64,000 nucleotides of DNA from a virus (Duplodnaviria > Caudoviricetes), in the IMG/VR virus record IMGVR_UViG_3300029288_000175, positions 222 to 64,221 of that record. The stretch is one strand, 5' to 3'. This document shows, one piece after another, positions 9,639 to 18,764 of this stretch (positions are counted from its first letter, which is position 1; the number at the start of each line of letters is the position of its first letter). The translations under genes were made by a program, and so were the position numbers. The notes under the pieces are model-generated. The model saw only the letters and a list, made by a program, of their open reading frames with translations, did not search any database and was not told the DNA's origin.

Positions 9639-9886
9639 CAGACAGGATGGTGATCATCAGCAGTTGTTGGTCGTGTCGTCATTTCGCGGCCTGGCGCGAG
9701 GCCAGGCCCGGAGAACCTGGAGCAGATGGCCGCTGCGCCCTGGCCAACCGCACCATGCGTCAGGATCGCGACTCGGAGGCGGCGCGCGTGACACCTGAGT
9801 GGTGCCCACTGCCACGGGTGCATGGCGATCGTGACGAACAGTCCGCAGGATGGACACGAACCCCAGAACCCAGGAGGTATGGATGA
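9635..9886 (+). CDS. hypothetical Cys-rich protein
   Basis: SC..C..F...C...PEWCPL pattern. Confidence 0.6.
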   Translation: MTDRMVIISSCWSCRHFAAWREARPGEPGADGRCALANRTMRQDRDSEAARVTPEWCPLPRVHGDRDEQSAGWTRTPEPRRYG

Positions 9887-10329
9887 ACAGGACTAGCGTG
9901 ATCGTCTGTCTCTGCGTCGTGCTGCTGGCGTTGTCGCCCATGGCCGCTGCGGCGCAACCGCACCACACTGAGACGTACATCCCCATCGTCCTGGCCCCCA
10001 CGGCCACGGTCACCGGAACCATCACGGGCCGGCCAGAGGAATGGCCGCCTCACGCGGTGACCGTGGTGTGGCTGGCGCAGTACGTTGCCTCGCCAGTGGA
10101 CGCCAACGCTGGCATATGGGTGCTCGATCCAGCCACCGCCCCTCAGGCGCGAGTAGACGCGCACGGGCGGTTCACCATCCGCGACGTGCCAGGCGGGATG
10201 TACTGCGTCCTGATCGGCTGGGACCCGATGGGCGGACTCTGGACCATCACCAACGACGACGGCCGCGCCCGCGTGTACGACATGCGCGAGGGCGGCGCCG
10301 TCGACCTCGGCGAGATCATCATGGGGTGA
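9883..10329 (+). CDS. secreted protein with transthyretin/carboxypeptidase-regulatory-like Ig fold
   Basis: Signal peptide, TYIPIVL motif, VDAHGRFTIRDVPGGMY. Confidence 0.65.
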   Translation: MNRTSVIVCLCVVLLALSPMAAAAQPHHTETYIPIVLAPTATVTGTITGRPEEWPPHAVTVVWLAQYVASPVDANAGIWVLDPATAPQARVDAHGRFTIRDVPGGMYCVLIGWDPMGGLWTITNDDGRARVYDMREGGAVDLGEIIMG

Positions 10330-10679
10330 CTGACGTGAACCTGATCATGGTACTGGCGGTGATCATAGCAGGAGAGTGCGGCACCATCGGCGGCACGTGC
10401 GAGGTCGAGGTGGCGCGCACGATGGCGAACCGCTACGTCGTCGCCGGCGACTGGGCAGAGGTTGTCGGCGCGTACTACGGCCGCGGTGAGCCGACCGTGG
10501 CCTCGTGGGTTGCTGCCAGCGCTGCCCTGAGCGCTCCGGCCGCGATGGCGGACGGGCGCTACGTCTACGTGTACAGCGACCAGGACCGCGAGGTGATGGG
10601 GTGGCGCCGCGGTGACACGGTCATGTGCGGCCCACCGGGGTGCCTGCACTTCGCGGCCGACTGGCCCGGCCCGCCATGA
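10326..10679 (+). CDS. small SleB/Hydrolase_2-like cell wall hydrolase
   Basis: LAVIIAGEC...VARTMANR resembles the SleB catalytic-Glu motif. Confidence 0.5.
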   Translation: MTDVNLIMVLAVIIAGECGTIGGTCEVEVARTMANRYVVAGDWAEVVGAYYGRGEPTVASWVAASAALSAPAAMADGRYVYVYSDQDREVMGWRRGDTVMCGPPGCLHFAADWPGPP

Positions 10680-11098
10680 GGCGCTACCGCTCGCACCTGC
10701 TGCCGAACGAGCCGAGCGAGGCCGCCTCGCAGGCGGCGCTGATAGCCTGGCGGGACATGCTGGCGCCACGCTACCCGAACCTCGGTATGTTGTTTGCCAT
10801 TCCCAACGGCGGACTGAGGTCCAAGCGCGAGGCCGCGCGGCTGGTGGCGGAGGGCGTTCGCGCCGGGGTGCCCGACCTGATACTCCTGGTGCCCAGGAGA
10901 GGCTACCATGCGCTGCTGATCGAGATGAAAACATCGCGCGGGGTGCTGAGCCCAGAGCAACGGGCGTTCCTCTCCGAGGCGGCCAATCGTGGCTATCTGG
11001 TCACGGTGTGTCGGTCCTGGCCGGAGGCGGCCGCTGTGCTGTGCTCCTACCTCGACCTGCCACCGGAGTTGGCACCCCCGGTCCAGGATGAACCTTGA
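10676..11098 (+). CDS. VRR-NUC domain nuclease
   Basis: FAIPNGG, GVRAGVPDL, LLIEMKT..G.LS.EQ..F. Confidence 0.9.
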   Translation: MRRYRSHLLPNEPSEAASQAALIAWRDMLAPRYPNLGMLFAIPNGGLRSKREAARLVAEGVRAGVPDLILLVPRRGYHALLIEMKTSRGVLSPEQRAFLSEAANRGYLVTVCRSWPEAAAVLCSYLDLPPELAPPVQDEP

Positions 11099-11107
11099 CG
11101 CCAAAAC

Positions 11108-11135
11108 GAGGGGGAGGGCCGCCAGCCTCCCCCTC
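11108..11135. terminator. intrinsic terminator between convergent genes
   Basis: 10-bp stem GAGGGGGAGG/CCTCCCCCTC; T-tract on the minus strand. Confidence 0.8.
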
Positions 11136-11158
11136 TTGCCGTACTGGAACCTGTGTTG

Positions 11159-12217
11159 TTACTGGCCCGTCGTCTCCTTTCGGACCATCTCGGCCAGCGT
11201 GCTGAGCACAGACTCGACGTTGGTGGAGTACAGGTCGTTGATCGTGCTGATCTGTAGCAGCTCCTTTGCGGTGTCGGCGCTCAGGCCGAGGTCGTGCAGG
11301 CCAGCGTAGTAGCGCCGGCGCCACTTCTCCTCGTGCAGCGCCTCGATCGCTTCGTCTACCCCCTCACGGTCTAGGCCAGCGGCGAACCACTCGGCGATCT
11401 TGCTCTCTGGGTCCTTGCAGAGCCGGTTGCTCTCCAGATACGTCCGCACGCGGTTGCGGGCCTCGTTGTCGGCGAGGTAGCCACCCCCGCTAGCCGCCGT
11501 GGCCGGTGCCGGTGACGGCGTGGTGGTCGGGGCCGGTGTCGCTTGCCTGGTTGAGGCCGCGGCCTCGGCAATCGCCACCCGCAGTTCGTCGCTGAGCGTC
11601 CTTCCCTGCGCCACGGTGAGATTAGTGACTCCAGTGCCGAACCGATCACCACTCAGGGTCTCCAGGCCGGCGAAGCTCTCGGCGCGGCCAGCGATCCCAT
11701 ACGCCCGCGCGTACGTGGCACGCAGGTACTCGATCTGCTTCGCCGAGATGCTGTCGTTACCTGCCGCGTGCTCTCGCTGGACCCGCTGCATGTCCTCAGC
11801 ACTGGTCAAGCCCGAGCCTGGCAGGACACCATAGCCGAGCATGCGGAGGCCACGCCCCAGGGCCGAGGTCTCTGCCACCTCCAGGGGCCTATCTCCCTCG
11901 GCCCCCCGCGCGTCCTTGCGCGACTCGGCATACGCGGTCACCGTGCCGTACACCTCGCTGGTGATACGCACGTGCAGTCGGATACTCGCCTCCGACTCCC
12001 CGTCAACGACGGTCTCGAAGTCCAACCGCTTCCCCTGGTTCGCATGGTCACGCCTGGCCATGGCCAGGGAGCCATCGACGCTCATGTACGGGTGTTCAAC
12101 TGGCCCCCGTGGCGACTTGCGCTCGATGGCGGTGACGTATGCCTCGTAGTCGATGTGGGCCACCGTTCCCACGGTGCCGGCTATGTCCAGGTACCTCCGA
12201 ATCTCTGCTGACTGCAT
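11159..12217 (-). CDS. single-strand annealing protein (Sak3/Rad52-like recombinase)
   Basis: TAYAES...PLEVAETSALGRGL...G motif plus long C-terminal tail. Confidence 0.7.
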   Translation of the reverse strand: MQSAEIRRYLDIAGTVGTVAHIDYEAYVTAIERKSPRGPVEHPYMSVDGSLAMARRDHANQGKRLDFETVVDGESEASIRLHVRITSEVYGTVTAYAESRKDARGAEGDRPLEVAETSALGRGLRMLGYGVLPGSGLTSAEDMQRVQREHAAGNDSISAKQIEYLRATYARAYGIAGRAESFAGLETLSGDRFGTGVTNLTVAQGRTLSDELRVAIAEAAASTRQATPAPTTTPSPAPATAASGGGYLADNEARNRVRTYLESNRLCKDPESKIAEWFAAGLDREGVDEAIEALHEEKWRRRYYAGLHDLGLSADTAKELLQISTINDLYSTNVESVLSTLAEMVRKETTGQ

Positions 12218-12250
12218 CCTAGACCTCCCTAGCGGTCAACTCTGCGTGGG

Positions 12251-12751
12251 TCATTCTTCCTCCTCATAGGTGATGACTACGAACCCCTGTATCCGCGCCC
12301 CCGCGGCGTCCATGTCGGCCAGGTTGTACTCCTGGCCACGTGGCGGCTGGCCGGCGAACGTGATCGCGTAGACCACGCACGCCTGCGCCGCGAGGTCCAA
12401 TGGCAGGTTGCCGGCCACGCAGGCGCCAGCAACGTCCGCCGCAGTCACCGACGCCATGACTGGCGCGTCGGCGAACTGCGGGAGTGCGCGGCGGACGAAC
12501 TCGATCCCGTCAGCGGTTGGGCACCGCAGCGCCCGGCGCACGGCCCTGCGCCACTGACGTTTGAGCGCCAGGCCGGCCTGTCTGTACGGACTGTCAGCCT
12601 GCGTCAGCGCCGCGAGGTACGCCTCAACATCGTCAACAGGGTTGCCAAGGACTGCATCCAGTACGTCGTGGTTCGCCACGAACCGCTCTGCCGCCTCCAC
12701 CAGGCGGTCCCAATCCTCCCGCGTCGCCTCCCGAATCGTTGACCACTCCAT
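12251..12751 (-). CDS. hypothetical phage protein
   Basis: GGAGG RBS downstream of promoter. Confidence 0.65.
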   Translation of the reverse strand: MEWSTIREATREDWDRLVEAAERFVANHDVLDAVLGNPVDDVEAYLAALTQADSPYRQAGLALKRQWRRAVRRALRCPTADGIEFVRRALPQFADAPVMASVTAADVAGACVAGNLPLDLAAQACVVYAITFAGQPPRGQEYNLADMDAAGARIQGFVVITYEEEE

Positions 12752-12772
12752 CCTGCACCTCCATCTGGCTCC

Positions 12773-12801
12773 ATCATAGCACATTTGTTGCGCGCGCGCA
12801 A
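12773..12801 (-). promoter_or_regulatory. promoter with palindromic box
   Basis: TTGCGC-17bp-TATGAT with extended TG; TTGCGCGCGCGCAA 12788-12801. Confidence 0.75.
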
Positions 12802-12818
12802 CCCCCAAGCGACGTGAA

Positions 12819-12845
12819 AGGGGGCCACCAGAGCGGTGGCCCCCT
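12819..12845 (-). terminator. terminator ending the late/lysis transcript
   Basis: 11-bp stem AGGGGGCCACC/GGTGGCCCCCT just after the holin stop. Confidence 0.8.
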
Positions 12846-12849
12846 CGCG

Positions 12850-13191
12850 CTACTTCTTACCGATGGTGATGCCGAGGCCGGCGACTGACCGCCCGATGCT
12901 CGCAACAAGCTGTGCTATACCAGCACCCCACAGGAGCGTCACCAACGCCTGGCCTACCCAGGCACTCTCGTCGCCCAGCAGGTCCACGGCGATGTACGGT
13001 GCGGCCAGGCGCACGACCGCGTAGCCGAGGAACAGCGGCAACACGGTGGTGCGGTAGAAACGCGCCACCTCCGCCCACGCGAACGTGCCGGCTCGCAGCG
13101 CCGCCGCGATGCCGAGTACGAGGTCCACCACGATCAGCGCCAACAGCGTCTGCAACCTGGCATCGGCCGCCAACATCACGAGCCAGTCCAT
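12850..13191 (-). CDS. phage holin
   Basis: 3 hydrophobic segments; LIVVDLVLGIAAA motif; basic C-terminus. Confidence 0.75.
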   Translation of the reverse strand: MDWLVMLAADARLQTLLALIVVDLVLGIAAALRAGTFAWAEVARFYRTTVLPLFLGYAVVRLAAPYIAVDLLGDESAWVGQALVTLLWGAGIAQLVASIGRSVAGLGITIGKK

Positions 13192-13409
13192 ACCGCCTCC
13201 TCTGGCACGTCATCCATGACGCACCCGCTGTCCGCGTCCACGACCATCGCCCGCACCTCCCACGTGCTGGGGTTCCACGCCAGCACGAGGTCCGCCGTGT
13301 TCGTCCGCGTCACGCTGAGCACCACGTAGCCACGGCGCAGGGCAGCGACGTGCCCCTGCGGGAGTCGCTCCCGCATCCGCCGCAGCGTGGCGCGCTCAGC
13401 GTCGGTCAT
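13176..13409 (-). CDS. hypothetical protein
   Basis: Fills gap between endolysin and holin. Confidence 0.55.
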   Translation of the reverse strand: MTDAERATLRRMRERLPQGHVAALRRGYVVLSVTRTNTADLVLAWNPSTWEVRAMVVDADSGCVMDDVPEEAVWTGS

Positions 13410-15565
13410 GGGCTGTACCGATACGTCCTCACGCGCGCCAGGGCCGCCTCGGTCCAGTCGCCGGTCTTCGCGCGCACGGTGACCAGCGCCCCGGTGCCCG
13501 GCTCGATGCCCCATGTGTACGTGTAGTACCCGCGCTCCCACTCGACGTTCGTCGGCATGAGCCCCTTGGCCCCGCAGGCGCGGGCCATGAACGGCACATC
13601 ACCCGCGTGTGCCTTGATGGTGGCTATCTCGGCTGTGGTGAACAAGCCGGTGAACACAACATCATCCTCTCCGTCATCATCCTCGCCCTGCGTGACCAGC
13701 GTCCACTCCAGGTTGACGTGATAGTGGTTGGTCTGGGTGAGCATCCCCAGCCCCCCGACGATGTCCGACGGCGCCGACGGGTCGGCCACCCACATGGCGT
13801 GGGGTCCCGGCTTGCCGGCAGCGTGGTAGGCGCCCATGCCCATGCCGGGCGCCGTCTGCCCGTCGGCCCCGGTCGGATTGAGTAGTTGGTAGTTGGTGTG
13901 CCACTGGCCGGGTATGCTCTGCGGCGGCTCGTCGGCGATGGAGCCGCCCTCCCAGTACCAGGCGAACCGCACGCCTGATGCCGGCTTCCTGTCGGCACCA
14001 ACCGCGACACCCACCTGCGCCGCATCGCCCCACCGCTCACGGATGGCCGTCAAGCGCCAGACTTTCTGCCCCGCCGCGACAACAGCGCGCTTATACACGA
14101 ACGAGTACGTCGTCAGTAGCGCCGCCACGGACGTAGGGCTGCCGTCGTTCCGGTACGCCTTGATTTCCGGGTACGCCTCGCTCACCGTTCCCCCTCCCCC
14201 TGCCTCAGGCACGTCGTCTTCCGACTCTCCGTAGTACAGCCGCAGTATCTCGTGATAGTCCTTGCCACTTGCCGCCATGTCCCTCGCCCCGTACTGGCAC
14301 AGCCGGCCGGGGAAGTGCGCGCCGTTAGTGCCCGCCTTGCCCTGGCAGTGCGGGCAGTCGTCGCGCCCGCACAGGGCCACGTATGACCCGTCGGCACCCC
14401 ACGTCTCACCGGCCGTGGCCGACACTGCCGCGTCCGCACGCGCGTGCGTTTTCGTGGACCACGCCTCACAATCGGTCTCCGTACATAGGTCGGCGCCCTT
14501 CGCCGCGTGCCTGGGCTTGGCGATGGCCGCCAGCGTGTACGTGCGTGCCGCCACGGCCTGCGCCTTGAGGGCCTCCTCTCCCCAGGTGACGAACATCTCT
14601 GCCGGCACCACGCCACGCAGGTACTCCTCTACCGGCACCACGGTCACCTCGCCGGTGGCGCGATGCCAGAGTCTCACGGTGGCCACCTCCGTCTCGTCAC
14701 CTGCCGGCAGGGCCGCGATGCCCTCAGCAACCTTCGCCACCGTGACCTCGTCCTGCTCGTACGAACCCCACGGCGACTGGGGCGCGGCGGTGAACAGCGC
14801 CGCGAACGCCATCTGCGGGATGCGACGCAGCGCCCGCTCCCCCTCGACCACCTGCGCCACGTAGTCGTCCTGGCTCAGGAGGTCGCGCCATCCGTGCACG
14901 GGTGGGTTGCCGGCGATGCCGCCGTCCACTCCCCACTCGGTGAGCGCCACCCGCAAGGATGACACGTCGACCCCGGCCTCGTCCCACCAGTCGATCATGT
15001 CGATGCACCGTAGTGCGTGGTAGCGCCCCGTCAGGTCCTCGACGCCCGGACGTCCGTATCCATGCAGCCCCACCAGGTGCCCGCCGGCCACCGCCGCCCG
15101 CACCGCGCCGGCGAGCTGCTGCACCTTCCACGCCGTCACGCCGGCGTCGCCGGTGCCATTGTCGTGCGGGTTCCCCTCGGCCAGGTTGAGCACGATCAGC
15201 CGCAACCTAGTGTAGTTTGCCAGCGTGATGCAGCGCATGGTGAAGGCGTCCAGGTTCGCCAGTTCCTCGTTGCCGTTACACGGTGGCTCGTTGGGCAGCT
15301 CGAACGCCACGTTCGCCCACCCCCGGTATGGTGCCCACAGTGGCGCCATGCGCGCCATGTAGGCGTCCGCCCCCTCTGCCCCGCGCGCGATGCACTCCCG
15401 GTCCCACTCGTCTGTCCAGACGCGCACGTCCTTGTGCAGCGTCGGGAAGCGGTCCACGTCGGTGGGCGGCGACATGAGCTTCACCCAGCCCGCCCCCAGG
15501 TTCGCCACCGCGGTCGGTGCCCAGGCGGGATACCCCTGGCAGTGTATGGTCGTCTTCGTCGTCAC
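13406..15565 (-). CDS. multidomain endolysin-like protein (glycoside hydrolase-like barrel + SpoIID/LytB domain)
   Basis: FELPNEP and ALTEWG acid/base and nucleophile-like motifs; VEEYLRGVVPAEM..EALKAQAVAARTY and LCQYGA..MA..G..Y.EIL..YY SpoIID signature. Confidence 0.75.
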   Translation of the reverse strand: MTTKTTIHCQGYPAWAPTAVANLGAGWVKLMSPPTDVDRFPTLHKDVRVWTDEWDRECIARGAEGADAYMARMAPLWAPYRGWANVAFELPNEPPCNGNEELANLDAFTMRCITLANYTRLRLIVLNLAEGNPHDNGTGDAGVTAWKVQQLAGAVRAAVAGGHLVGLHGYGRPGVEDLTGRYHALRCIDMIDWWDEAGVDVSSLRVALTEWGVDGGIAGNPPVHGWRDLLSQDDYVAQVVEGERALRRIPQMAFAALFTAAPQSPWGSYEQDEVTVAKVAEGIAALPAGDETEVATVRLWHRATGEVTVVPVEEYLRGVVPAEMFVTWGEEALKAQAVAARTYTLAAIAKPRHAAKGADLCTETDCEAWSTKTHARADAAVSATAGETWGADGSYVALCGRDDCPHCQGKAGTNGAHFPGRLCQYGARDMAASGKDYHEILRLYYGESEDDVPEAGGGGTVSEAYPEIKAYRNDGSPTSVAALLTTYSFVYKRAVVAAGQKVWRLTAIRERWGDAAQVGVAVGADRKPASGVRFAWYWEGGSIADEPPQSIPGQWHTNYQLLNPTGADGQTAPGMGMGAYHAAGKPGPHAMWVADPSAPSDIVGGLGMLTQTNHYHVNLEWTLVTQGEDDDGEDDVVFTGLFTTAEIATIKAHAGDVPFMARACGAKGLMPTNVEWERGYYTYTWGIEPGTGALVTVRAKTGDWTEAALARVRTYRYSP

Positions 15566-16212
15566 GCTCCCCCTCCGTTCGCAGTGCGGCCAAACAGCGC
15601 CGCTACGAGGCCCGCCACGGTGTAGTACTGGTCGGCGGGCGAGTTGATCCAGACGCCATCGACCAACGGCGCGAACGTCCTGACCCACGCCAGGGCCGCC
15701 CTGAGCGTGACCGGCGTGCCCCTCGGGGCGGTGGACACCTCGCCCCACAACTGTGTGCCACACGGGCGCCTGTCGCGGACCATCACGAGGTGTTCCAGGT
15801 ACGCGGTCGAGTCGCCGATTGCCTGGAGGCCGTTGCAGCGCGGGGTGAACATCTTGCAGTAGGGCAGCATCACGTCCCAGTGCGACAGACTGCGGGAGAA
15901 CGATGGGAACACCGCGAACATGCGGCGCGCCGCTCGCGCCAGGTCGGCGCCCTCAATGCACGCCAGGTTCACGTCGTCTAGTTCCTCGGCCGGCGTGGCG
16001 TCATCATCGACAGAGTAGCCCAGCCACGCGCCGGGCAGCCTCTCTACCGCTACCGCGTCCAGGTTCACCGTTGGGGAGACCAACATCCGCCGCGTGGGGG
16101 GAAACGTCGCGAGCGCGGCGCGCCCACCGGCGGTGTTTGGCGCCCATCCGAGGCCAACCGTCTGCACGAACTGCCGCGTCTGCCTACCAATGCAGTTGAT
16201 CCCCAGTCTCAT
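15562..16212 (-). CDS. hypothetical protein (possible barrel fold)
   Basis: GTGA overlap with the endolysin. Confidence 0.6.
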   Translation of the reverse strand: MRLGINCIGRQTRQFVQTVGLGWAPNTAGGRAALATFPPTRRMLVSPTVNLDAVAVERLPGAWLGYSVDDDATPAEELDDVNLACIEGADLARAARRMFAVFPSFSRSLSHWDVMLPYCKMFTPRCNGLQAIGDSTAYLEHLVMVRDRRPCGTQLWGEVSTAPRGTPVTLRAALAWVRTFAPLVDGVWINSPADQYYTVAGLVAALFGRTANGGGA

Positions 16213-16215
16213 GGG

Positions 16216-16515
16216 CTACCGTCTCCCCCTCCCTCGCTGCCCCATGGCGAGGTATAGCGCCATGTTGCCCACAGCGCCGAACATGATGACGTTCGATACG
16301 AGGTTGACGAGCACCCACGTGGCGGTCGCCGCCCCGTACCAGACCGCCACGGCCTGCATGATCGACCTCGCCCCTATGCCAACCATGAGCCAGAGCAGCG
16401 CGCCCCGTTGCCTGCCGTCAGGCACTGCCGCGAACACGACGCCCGTCAGGAGCGCCAACACGCCGGTAATCGCCGCCAGCAACCCGATGCACGATTGCAT
16501 CACCTCCATTCTCAC
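16216..16515 (-). CDS. membrane protein (3 TM)
   Basis: Hydrophobic; lysis region. Confidence 0.65.
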   Translation of the reverse strand: MRMEVMQSCIGLLAAITGVLALLTGVVFAAVPDGRQRGALLWLMVGIGARSIMQAVAVWYGAATATWVLVNLVSNVIMFGAVGNMALYLAMGQRGRGRR

Positions 16516-16700
16516 CCCCTGGGCAGCATGTCCGCAAGTGCCGCCTCGGCCCGTGTCAGTACGTCACGGATGCAGTACACACGCTGCCCCAACTCGGTCA
16601 GCCACCGTGCCTGCTCACCCTGGGCACGCGCTATGGCCGCCTCAAGCTCTGCCATCCGGCGCTCCTGCGCCGCCAGCTCCAACTCCTGCCCCCTCGTCAT
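16512..16700 (-). CDS. small coiled-coil protein
   Basis: ATGA overlaps. Confidence 0.6.
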   Translation of the reverse strand: MTRGQELELAAQERRMAELEAAIARAQGEQARWLTELGQRVYCIRDVLTRAEAALADMLPRG

Positions 16701-17056
16701 CCTCCACTGCTCCCACGCGGCAATCGGTCTAGGGCTGCCGCAACCTTCACGCTGACGTCGGCTACGCGGTCCTCCAACCGCAACGCCTCCCGGAGCGCAT
16801 CCAGCGCTTCGGTCATGCGCTTCTGCCCGTCGTTCTGCCCCGCCTGCCCGTCCAGGACGGTCTGCAACAGCCCGATGTAGCGCTCGTTCGCGGCCAGCTC
16901 ACGCGCGGCCACCTGGTCGCGTGCGAGCCTGACATCGGCCTCAAGCGTACCGCACTTGCGCCACAGCACCACGATGATGGCCGTGGCAGCGGCCAGCACG
17001 GTGGCCATCACCGGCCCCCAGGCGTCCCACAACGTGGCAAATGTCGTCGCGTCCAT
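16697..17056 (-). CDS. membrane-anchored coiled-coil protein
   Basis: N-terminal TM followed by coiled coil; lysis region. Confidence 0.65.
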   Translation of the reverse strand: MDATTFATLWDAWGPVMATVLAAATAIIVVLWRKCGTLEADVRLARDQVAARELAANERYIGLLQTVLDGQAGQNDGQKRMTEALDALREALRLEDRVADVSVKVAAALDRLPRGSSGG

Positions 17057-17070
17057 GCGAGCACCTCACG

Positions 17071-17586
17071 TCATGCGTTGTTGCTGCGACACAGTTCGCG
17101 CCAGTCGGCGCCCACGCTCAGGAGCGTGATCGTGTCCTGTGACGAGTTGGCCACGAAGTCTCCTGATAGCAACAGGTTCCCCGTTCCGTCCTTGAACGTG
17201 ACGGTGCGGCCCCCGCCGATGCCGCACATAACCAGCACGGCAAAGTCGCTGTTACCGTTCACCGTGTCGAGGTCGTCTGCCGCTGCCCCGCCTTCGGTGC
17301 TAATCACGTGGAACGACCCGACGGCCGTCACCACGCCACCGGCGATGGTCAACGTAGTCCCCGGCCTCAGGCGGAAGAAGCCGTTCGCCATCACGTCGCC
17401 CTCGCCCGCGCCGGTGCAGTTGCCGAACTCGGCATGATCGAGCCGCAGGCCGCCGTCCGCGTCCGTGACGACCACCTTGGGCACCGTGTCGTTGTACGTG
17501 TCGCTGTCGCGCGCCAGCAGGTTGTCCATGAAGTGCGGCCGGAGGAGCGCCACCAACTCCGCGTTGACCTTCTGTATCGGCATCAC
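17071..17586 (-). CDS. tail-associated protein
   Basis: TEGGAAADDLDTVNG..TVTFKDGTGNL tail-fibre-type motif. Confidence 0.65.
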   Translation of the reverse strand: MMPIQKVNAELVALLRPHFMDNLLARDSDTYNDTVPKVVVTDADGGLRLDHAEFGNCTGAGEGDVMANGFFRLRPGTTLTIAGGVVTAVGSFHVISTEGGAAADDLDTVNGNSDFAVLVMCGIGGGRTVTFKDGTGNLLLSGDFVANSSQDTITLLSVGADWRELCRSNNA

Positions 17587-18764
17587 GGCCCCCCTATGCT
17601 GGCCAGACCCATGCGCGCCATCCGCTGCGTGATCGTGTCCGCGCGGCCCCCGGCAACGCTGACCGTGCGCGGCGCCTCGTAGTCCACCGACTCGATGTAC
17701 AGCGCTCGCGGGTCGTCACGCAGCGGCGTGCCCGGTGGCACCCGCCCGATGAACCAGTCGGTGACGAGCAGCCAACGCCCCGCCTCAACCCGCCACGGTG
17801 GCACCTCCGTCCCGGCGACCGTCGTGATTGGCTGGTGCGGGTCGCGCAGGAGCAACTGGTAGTCCACCGTGGTCGGGATTGCGGCGTAGGTGAACGCGCG
17901 GCCGGCACTGACGCTAGCCACGTACCTGTTGTAGCTGGCATCGCCGTACTCGCAGCCTGTGCTGATGACCGACCAGCCCTCGTTGTCCTCGTCCTCTGCC
18001 GCCTCAACGGCCGTGGCGTTGGTGGCGATGCTCTGTGGCGTGCCGGTGAACAGGCCGTTCGGCTCTGCCGCCAGCACGAGCGGAATCTTCGCGTCCACGG
18101 TCGTGTTGCCCGCCAACCCGTTGTTGTACGGGAAGTCCAGCATCCTCACGTAGCCGTACACGGTGAGTGAGACCGCCGGCGGGGCGGCCTTCCCCAGCGT
18201 GAGTTTGCGGTCCACCGCCGGGTATGCCGCCTCTGCAAGGTACGAGTCGCGCAGTTGCAGACTACTGGCCGCCAGTATGTCGCCGCCACTGACCACGCGG
18301 TAGTGGATGCCGTACCTCTCCTGGCTAGCCGTCACGTTAGCCACCCCGGTACGCGCTCTGGAACCGGCGCGTGGTGGGGTGTACGTCGTATCCAGGGCCG
18401 TGAACACCAGAGCGCCACGGTTGGCCAGGTCGGACAGGGGCCCGCGCGTGATGCTGTAGCCGCCGACTGACACCTGCACCTCGTTGACGTAACCCTCGAA
18501 CGCCAGCACGTGCGCCTCGTCAAAGCACTGGACGTGCCGCGCCAGACCGGAGTCGAGCCAATCCTCTGCCTGGTCGACGCGGCACCCGAACTCCAGCGAC
18601 GCCTCCCAGTAGCCGCCGTGCGCCCTCAGCGTGTGCCGGTACGAGGCGATCTTCTCGTCCACACTGCCAAGCCACCATCTCGCCGGCGTCCACGTGCCAC
18701 CGGAGAATGATGGCTGCCACACGTGCATGTTGACCGTGCCCGGCCTCAGGTAACTGGCGGTCAT
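17583..18764 (-). CDS. tail tip/hub-like protein
   Basis: Position after distal tail genes; GYWEASLEF and FEGYVNEV beta-rich pattern. Confidence 0.65.
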   Translation of the reverse strand: MTASYLRPGTVNMHVWQPSFSGGTWTPARWWLGSVDEKIASYRHTLRAHGGYWEASLEFGCRVDQAEDWLDSGLARHVQCFDEAHVLAFEGYVNEVQVSVGGYSITRGPLSDLANRGALVFTALDTTYTPPRAGSRARTGVANVTASQERYGIHYRVVSGGDILAASSLQLRDSYLAEAAYPAVDRKLTLGKAAPPAVSLTVYGYVRMLDFPYNNGLAGNTTVDAKIPLVLAAEPNGLFTGTPQSIATNATAVEAAEDEDNEGWSVISTGCEYGDASYNRYVASVSAGRAFTYAAIPTTVDYQLLLRDPHQPITTVAGTEVPPWRVEAGRWLLVTDWFIGRVPPGTPLRDDPRALYIESVDYEAPRTVSVAGGRADTITQRMARMGLASIGGP

